From an uncultured Solirubrobacteraceae bacterium (GTDB lineage Bacteria > Actinomycetota > Thermoleophilia > Solirubrobacterales > Solirubrobacteraceae), in contig OY969097.1 of assembly GCA_963697795.1 (NCBI GenBank), positions 3,138,972 to 3,202,971 on the forward strand: DNA of 64,000 nucleotides, given 5' to 3'. The position numbers were made by a program, and so were the translations under genes. Below, piece after piece: positions 58,182 to 64,000 of this stretch. Numbering within the stretch: position 1 is the stretch's first letter; each line of letters starts with the position of its first letter. The notes under the pieces were generated by a model. That model was given only the letters and a program-made list of their open reading frames with translations. It was not told the DNA's origin and made no database searches.

Positions 58182-59285
58182 ATGCCAGGGGGTCGATGCA
58201 TAGCCGCTGTCGCGTTGGCGGCATTCACCGTTGTGTGGTTGACCGCCTGTGGCGGGGCCGACAGGAGCAACAGCTCGGCACGAACCACATCGGCGCCTGC
58301 TGTCGTACGGATCCCGGCAGGGACCGTCGTGACCTTCAACCAGGTGAAGAAGATCACCGGCCCGGAACTGGAACACTGGATGTCTGTCTTGGGCGAAGGC
58401 GCCGTGCTTGATCCTCCGACCTTCTCGCGCTGCGCTGCGCATGAACGCGAATCCAAGAGCACAGCGGCCAAGGGAGGCCAGGCAAGCCTGCTGCGCCGTT
58501 GCGCCGAAACCTATGAAACGCTTCGCAAGAAGGCGCTCAGCTTCTTGGTCTCGGTGCAGTGGTTGCTTGCCCAAACTGAACTGGAAGGTCACCCGGTCAG
58601 AGAACAGGAAGTGCAGGCCAAGCTCGAAGAAACGCAGAGGGAAGCCTACCCCGGCGGCGCCGCCGAATTCCGGGAATCCCTGGAACAGAGCGGACAGACC
58701 ATCTCGGACTACCGGCTGAAGACCGCGGGAGGACTGGCGGCGGAACGCGTTCATCGTGCCGTCGTGGCTAGTGAAGTACCCATCACCGCGGCACGGATCA
58801 ATGGCTTCTACGTAGCAAAAATGGCTGAATTCCAGATTCCCGAAGTCCGCAGGATCGCAATCATCGAGCGCTACACCAAGCAGGCCGCCATGAAGGCCAA
58901 GAGCGCGATCGAACATGGCAGCACCGTCAAGAGCCAGGGCCCACTGTATGAGTCATTCAAGAGCACAGCCAACATCGAGCCGATCATCTTCTCGTCCCGA
59001 CCGCACACGCTTGTCGGCCCCGTCAAGTTGCCGGCGAGCTGGTCGGTCTTCGAAGTGACCAGTGTCGTGCCCCCGAGCTATGAAACGCCGGCGGAAGCCC
59101 GTGCGGCGATCACCACACGACTGAAGGAAGAAGACAAAGCCCTCGCGCTGAGTCGATTTATGACGAGATTTGCCAACCAGTGGTCCTTCAGCACGCTCTG
59201 CATACAGGGCTTCATCATCCCGCAGTGCTTTCTGTATGGACAGAACCGCACCTCTGCGATGGAAGACCCGTTCAAGCAGGTATAG
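58182..59285 (+). CDS. lipoprotein, SurA-N/PpiC-like
   Basis: MPGGRCIAAVALAAFTVVWLTACGG (lipobox LTAC). Remote resemblance to the 55160 lipoprotein and to parvulin/SurA-type chaperones. Weak call. Confidence 0.5.
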   Translation: MPGGRCIAAVALAAFTVVWLTACGGADRSNSSARTTSAPAVVRIPAGTVVTFNQVKKITGPELEHWMSVLGEGAVLDPPTFSRCAAHERESKSTAAKGGQASLLRRCAETYETLRKKALSFLVSVQWLLAQTELEGHPVREQEVQAKLEETQREAYPGGAAEFRESLEQSGQTISDYRLKTAGGLAAERVHRAVVASEVPITAARINGFYVAKMAEFQIPEVRRIAIIERYTKQAAMKAKSAIEHGSTVKSQGPLYESFKSTANIEPIIFSSRPHTLVGPVKLPASWSVFEVTSVVPPSYETPAEARAAITTRLKEEDKALALSRFMTRFANQWSFSTLCIQGFIIPQCFLYGQNRTSAMEDPFKQV

Positions 59286-59324
59286 GTCGGATCGCCGGCT
59301 CTCCAGGGAGTGGGGCTCGGCGGC

Positions 59325-61712
59325 CTACCCACCTGGACTGACGCCCCCCGTCGGCGAGGCCCCGCCCGCTGCGCTAGGTTCGGAGGAGTTCGGAGCAGCG
59401 GGCGTCTGGGGGGCCGCCTTGGGAGTTTCTTCATGCGAGGGTGTCGGAGGCGCGGTCGCGCCGTGTTCGGTTTCGCCGGCCGCAGCGGGCGCCTTTTCGT
59501 TGCCGGCACTCGGAGCCTGGCCCTTGCTCTGCGCCTTGCCTTCGCTTGGCTTGCCCGCGGACGTCGTCGCCCCCGTTTCCGTTTCGCCTGCGCCGGCGGC
59601 TTCTTCGCCCTTGCCCCTGTCCTTGGCCGCCTTGCCGGCGGTGATCGCTTCCGCCCGGGCCTTGTCGATCCCCAGCGCCGAGACCATGAAGTCGTGCCAG
59701 ATCAACGCCGGGAAGGTCCCGCCCAGGACCGGCTGCCCGCCGAAGTCGCTCGTCATCGGGATCAGCTTGTTCGGGTACCCCACCCACACCGCGACGGTGT
59801 ACTTGGAGTCCCAGCCGACGAACCAGGCGTCGCCGTAGTTGGAGGTCGTGCCCGTCTTGCCTGCCGCGAACTGGCCGATCGCCGCGCTCTTGCCCGTCCC
59901 GTACTGGATCACCGTTTCCAGGACGTTCGTCTCCTCTTCGGCGATGTCCCTGGGCAGGACGGGGATCGTCTTGACGGCGTTGACGTCGACGTGGTGCCCG
60001 TCGGGCAACTGGTGGCTGCCTGCGTTGACTTCCTGGATGCCGACGGGTGCGCCGGCGAGGGCCATCGAGCCCGTCACCCGCTGCCCGCCGTGGGCGATCG
60101 TCTCATAGGCGTGGGCCATGTCCAGGGGCGTCACTCCTATCGTCAGACCGCCGATCGTCATGGCTGCGTTGGTCGACAGGGGCGTCGTGATGCCCATCCG
60201 GTGAGCCAGCTTGGCGATCCTGGCCGTCCCCACCTTCAGGCCGACTTCGGCGTAGATGGAGTTGTCGGAGAAGGCCGTGGCGCCGGTCAGGGTGTTCGAG
60301 CCCGAGTAGGCGCCTTCGTCGTTGTGGACTTCGAACTTTTCCGTGCCGTTGGAAGTGTGGACGTAGAACGTCTTGGGCTTGGAGGTCCAGACGGAGTCCG
60401 GTGAGATGCCGGCCTCCAGGGCGGCGGCCAGGTCGAAGGCCTTGAAGGAGGAGCCCGGCTGGCGCTCGCCCTCGGTGGCCAGGTTGAAGGGGCTTTCGTT
60501 GTAGTTGCGCCCGCCCACCATCGCCCTGACCTCGCCCGTGGCGTTTTCGATGGCAACCAGGGAGGCGGTCGGCCCGCCCGTGTAGGCCAGGTAGTTGTTG
60601 ACCGCCTGTTCGGCTGCCCGCTGCATTTCCAGGTCCAGGGTCGTCTTGATCTTCAGGCCGCCGTCGAAGGCGCGGGGGGCACCGTAGCGTTCTATGACCT
60701 GCTGCTGGACCCAGCTCGTGAAGTAGCCCGTCTGGACGCCTTCCACGGACTGCTCCTGGGGAGCCTGGATCTCGTGCGGGGAGGGGAGGGCCTGATGGAT
60801 GCTTTCGCTGTAGATGGTGTGGGTGATGTAGCCCTGCTGGAGCATCTGCTGAAGGACCGTGTTGCGGCGCTCCAGGGCCAGGCTCGGGTGGGTGACGGGG
60901 TCGTATTCGGTCGGGTCCTGGATGATCCCGGCCAGCAGGGCGGCCTCCCATGGCTGCAGCTGGCTGACGCAGAGTGGATGCCCGGGCATGCCGCATTCCA
61001 GGTGGTTGACGTCGTGGCCGAAGTAGGTCTGGGCGGCCGACTCGATGCCGTATGCGCCGTTGCCGAAGTAGATCGTGTTGAGGTAGGCCGTGATGATCTT
61101 TTCCTTGGACCACTTCTGGGAGAGCTGGTAGGCCAGGGCAGCCTCCCTGAGCTTCTCGAAGATCGTCCTGTGCGACTGGGCCTGCAGGGCGTTCTTGATG
61201 AACTGCTCCTCGATCGTCGAGGCTCCCTGCAGCCCGCCTTTGTGGAACATGTCGTTGACGAAGGCCCGGGCGATTCCGCGCAGGTCCACGCCCGAGTTCG
61301 TCCAGAAGCGCTTGTCCTCGATCGAGATGACGGCCTCCTTGGCGATCTGGGGGATCTGCTTGGCCGTCACGATGACCCTGTTCTGCTGGCTGAGGACCCC
61401 GATCGGGTGACCCAGGTCGTCCAGCAGGGTCGAGCTCTGGGCTTCCTTGTACTGGGCGAAGCGGGTCAGGGACGGCAGCGTGCCGACGATCGAGACGAAC
61501 GTCCCGAAGGCGAAGGAGATCGTGCCGAGCAGCAGCGTCGCCAGCAGGATCGCCAGCAGGCGCAGGCGCTTGAGACGGGTGCGGCTGCGCAGGGGCCGAT
61601 CGGTGCCGCCGGCTGGAGGCTCAGGGGCGGGCGGGTATGTAGGGCGAGCTTCGACGCTCATCGGCGGCTTGACGGCAGGGGAAGGGCCGGCCGGAACGTC
61701 CGATCGCGGCAA
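59325..61712 (-). CDS. ponA: bifunctional class A penicillin-binding protein (glycosyltransferase + transpeptidase)
   Basis: GT51 motifs are AVISIEDKRFW, GASTIEEQ and RKLREA-like. The transpeptidase has QPGSSFK (SxxK), SDN-like FSDNS and KTGTT. There is an N-terminal TM helix and a low-complexity A/G/E/K/P tail. The start could be 61712 or ATG 61661. Confidence 0.88.
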   Translation of the reverse strand: MPRSDVPAGPSPAVKPPMSVEARPTYPPAPEPPAGGTDRPLRSRTRLKRLRLLAILLATLLLGTISFAFGTFVSIVGTLPSLTRFAQYKEAQSSTLLDDLGHPIGVLSQQNRVIVTAKQIPQIAKEAVISIEDKRFWTNSGVDLRGIARAFVNDMFHKGGLQGASTIEEQFIKNALQAQSHRTIFEKLREAALAYQLSQKWSKEKIITAYLNTIYFGNGAYGIESAAQTYFGHDVNHLECGMPGHPLCVSQLQPWEAALLAGIIQDPTEYDPVTHPSLALERRNTVLQQMLQQGYITHTIYSESIHQALPSPHEIQAPQEQSVEGVQTGYFTSWVQQQVIERYGAPRAFDGGLKIKTTLDLEMQRAAEQAVNNYLAYTGGPTASLVAIENATGEVRAMVGGRNYNESPFNLATEGERQPGSSFKAFDLAAALEAGISPDSVWTSKPKTFYVHTSNGTEKFEVHNDEGAYSGSNTLTGATAFSDNSIYAEVGLKVGTARIAKLAHRMGITTPLSTNAAMTIGGLTIGVTPLDMAHAYETIAHGGQRVTGSMALAGAPVGIQEVNAGSHQLPDGHHVDVNAVKTIPVLPRDIAEEETNVLETVIQYGTGKSAAIGQFAAGKTGTTSNYGDAWFVGWDSKYTVAVWVGYPNKLIPMTSDFGGQPVLGGTFPALIWHDFMVSALGIDKARAEAITAGKAAKDRGKGEEAAGAGETETGATTSAGKPSEGKAQSKGQAPSAGNEKAPAAAGETEHGATAPPTPSHEETPKAAPQTPAAPNSSEPSAAGGASPTGGVSPGG

Positions 61713-61779
61713 CGAGCACCGCCTGCAGAAGCGACGTCGAGGACCCCTGGCGCGGCCGAGAGTCTAGCATTGGCCCCCG

Positions 61780-63048
61780 ATGCCGATCGAGGATGAGCAG
61801 GCCGCCGAGAGCGCAGCCAGGCTGGCCCGCAATGCGGTCGACGGCCTGCCCGAGGGCGCCCTGGCCCAGAAGCTGCAGACGGCCTCGCGGGAGGGCCGGC
61901 AGCTGCGCGTCAAGCTCGGCATCGACCCGACTGCACCGGACATCCACCTGGGCCACGCAGTCGTCCTGGGCAAGCTGCGGGAGTTCCAGGAGGCCGGCCA
62001 CAAGGTCGTCCTGATCGTCGGCGACTACACGGCCCGCGTCGGGGACCCCTCGGGCCGCTCGACCCTGCGCCCGATCCTCTCCGGCGAGGAGATCGACGCC
62101 AACGCGAGGACCTTCCAGGAGCAGGCCCTGCGGATCCTCGACGATGATCCTTCGCTCCTGGAGGTTCGCCGCAACGGCGAGTGGCTGGACATGCCGATGG
62201 TCGACCTGCTGGCCCTGACCCGCACTGCGACAGCTGCCCAGATGCTCGAGCGCGAGGACTTCTCCAAACGCTTCGCGGCAGGGGAGCCGATCTCGATCCT
62301 CGAGCTCCTCTACCCGCTCCTACAGGGCTATGACTCCGTCGCGATCGACGCCGACGTCGAGCTGGGGGGCACGGACCAAAAGTTCAACCTGCTGATGGGC
62401 AGGGACGTCCAGCGGGCCTACGGCAAGCCCGAGCAGGCGATCATGACGATGCCGATCCTGGTCGGGACGGACGGCCATCGCAAGATGAGCAAGTCCCTGG
62501 GCAACCAGATCGGGGTGACGGACCCGCCGGGGGAGATGTACGGCAAGACGATGGCGATCCCCGACGAGGCGATGGAGGAGTACTTCAGGCTGCTGATCGA
62601 GCCTCGCAGGAGCGGCGGGCGCGACGGCGCCGCCGGGGGCGAGAGCGACGGAGCCCTGAGGTTCGGCGCCGGGGAGATGTCGGGCAGCTCCGCCAGGGAC
62701 GCCAAGAGGCTGCTGGCGCGCGAGCTCGTGTCCTGGCTTCATTCGCCCGAGCAGGCCGAGCAGGCAGGGCAGGAGTTCGAGCGGGTCTTCGCCCAGCGGG
62801 AGCTGCCGGAGGAGATCGAGGAGACGGTGCTGCCGGCGGGCGAGGGGCCCGTCCACCTGCCGGCCCTGATCGCGGATGAGATGGGGATGTCCCGCTCGGA
62901 TGCGAGGCGGCTGCTGGGGCAGGGCGGGGTCTGGCTTGACGACCGCCGGCTGGGCCAGGACGACCAGGACGTGGATCCGTCCGAGCTGGATGGCAGTATC
63001 CTCCGGGTCGGGAGGCGCCGATTCAGGCGCTTGCGCAGAAGCGGCTAG
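61780..63048 (+). CDS. tyrS: tyrosyl-tRNA synthetase
   Basis: HIGH motif DIHLGH and the KMSKS motif (RKMSKSLGN). A C-terminal S4-like domain is present (SRSDARRLLGQGGVWLD). It has a Gly-rich insertion of about 25 aa before the anticodon-binding region. Confidence 0.9.
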   Translation: MPIEDEQAAESAARLARNAVDGLPEGALAQKLQTASREGRQLRVKLGIDPTAPDIHLGHAVVLGKLREFQEAGHKVVLIVGDYTARVGDPSGRSTLRPILSGEEIDANARTFQEQALRILDDDPSLLEVRRNGEWLDMPMVDLLALTRTATAAQMLEREDFSKRFAAGEPISILELLYPLLQGYDSVAIDADVELGGTDQKFNLLMGRDVQRAYGKPEQAIMTMPILVGTDGHRKMSKSLGNQIGVTDPPGEMYGKTMAIPDEAMEEYFRLLIEPRRSGGRDGAAGGESDGALRFGAGEMSGSSARDAKRLLARELVSWLHSPEQAEQAGQEFERVFAQRELPEEIEETVLPAGEGPVHLPALIADEMGMSRSDARRLLGQGGVWLDDRRLGQDDQDVDPSELDGSILRVGRRRFRRLRRSG

Positions 63049-63388
63049 ACTCGTCGGCCGCGGGAGCGCTATACTCCTTCGTCGGCCCGCAGGCGCCCTT
63101 GGGCGCTGGGCCGGATTGCAAACCTCCACGGAGGAAGCCCCTCCGGACAGGCTTGGCGGTCTTTGAAAACTCAACAGCATGCGCATCTGCGACCCGAGCA
63201 GGGTCGTGGTGTGCGTCCAGGTTCGACCCGTCCGCGGGAGGGTCGGTCGCGAGACCGACTGTCTGCCGTGGGACGGCAAAGAGTCAAGTAGAGAAGTACC
63301 CCGTCATGGGCTGGGGCCACGTGTATAGGCCCCGGCAGCCGACTGTCGCAAGACGCCGGCAACCAATGACAGGCTTTTCGTGAAGTTC

Positions 63389-64000
<612 letters not shown>

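Overview
High-GC (about 70%) actinobacterial chromosome segment. The partial 16S at the right edge looks Thermoleophilia/Solirubrobacterales-like to me, but that is an impression and not a search result. The backbone is housekeeping: menB/menE, ilvC, serC-serA, leuA (with a Leu-rich leader peptide), ilvE, cimA, argH, mpg, a class A PBP, tyrS and the 5' part of a 16S rRNA gene. Three things are not ordinary. (1) There are two paralogous ArgRS-like class-I synthetase genes. Each sits next to a 73-nt class-I tRNA carrying a leucine-type anticodon but no long variable arm (UAG at 5.4 kb, UAA at 53.5 kb). The 53-kb copy heads a tightly translationally coupled operon: tRNA, synthetase paralog, ADC synthase PabAB, GNAT, chorismate-mutase-like, prephenate-dehydratase-like. 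This layout resembles pylT-pylS-pylBCD. (2) An 11-12 kb six-gene cassette of secreted or membrane proteins of unknown function is present twice (17.8-29.2 kb and 34.0-46.7 kb). Copy 1 has an IS30 remnant at its left edge. Copy 2 carries a frameshifted IS256-family insertion. (3) Each cassette has an extreme mirror-image strand composition. The + strand is G+T-rich on the left arm and C+A-rich on the right arm, and the polarity flips inside a single 1100-codon ORF. As a result, leucines are encoded almost only by TTG on the left arm and heavily by TTA/CTA on the right arm. These are exactly the codons read by the two orphan tRNAs. All calls rest on my own reading of the sequence and ORF translations. 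No database search was possible, many start codons are approximate, and the cassette's function is unknown.
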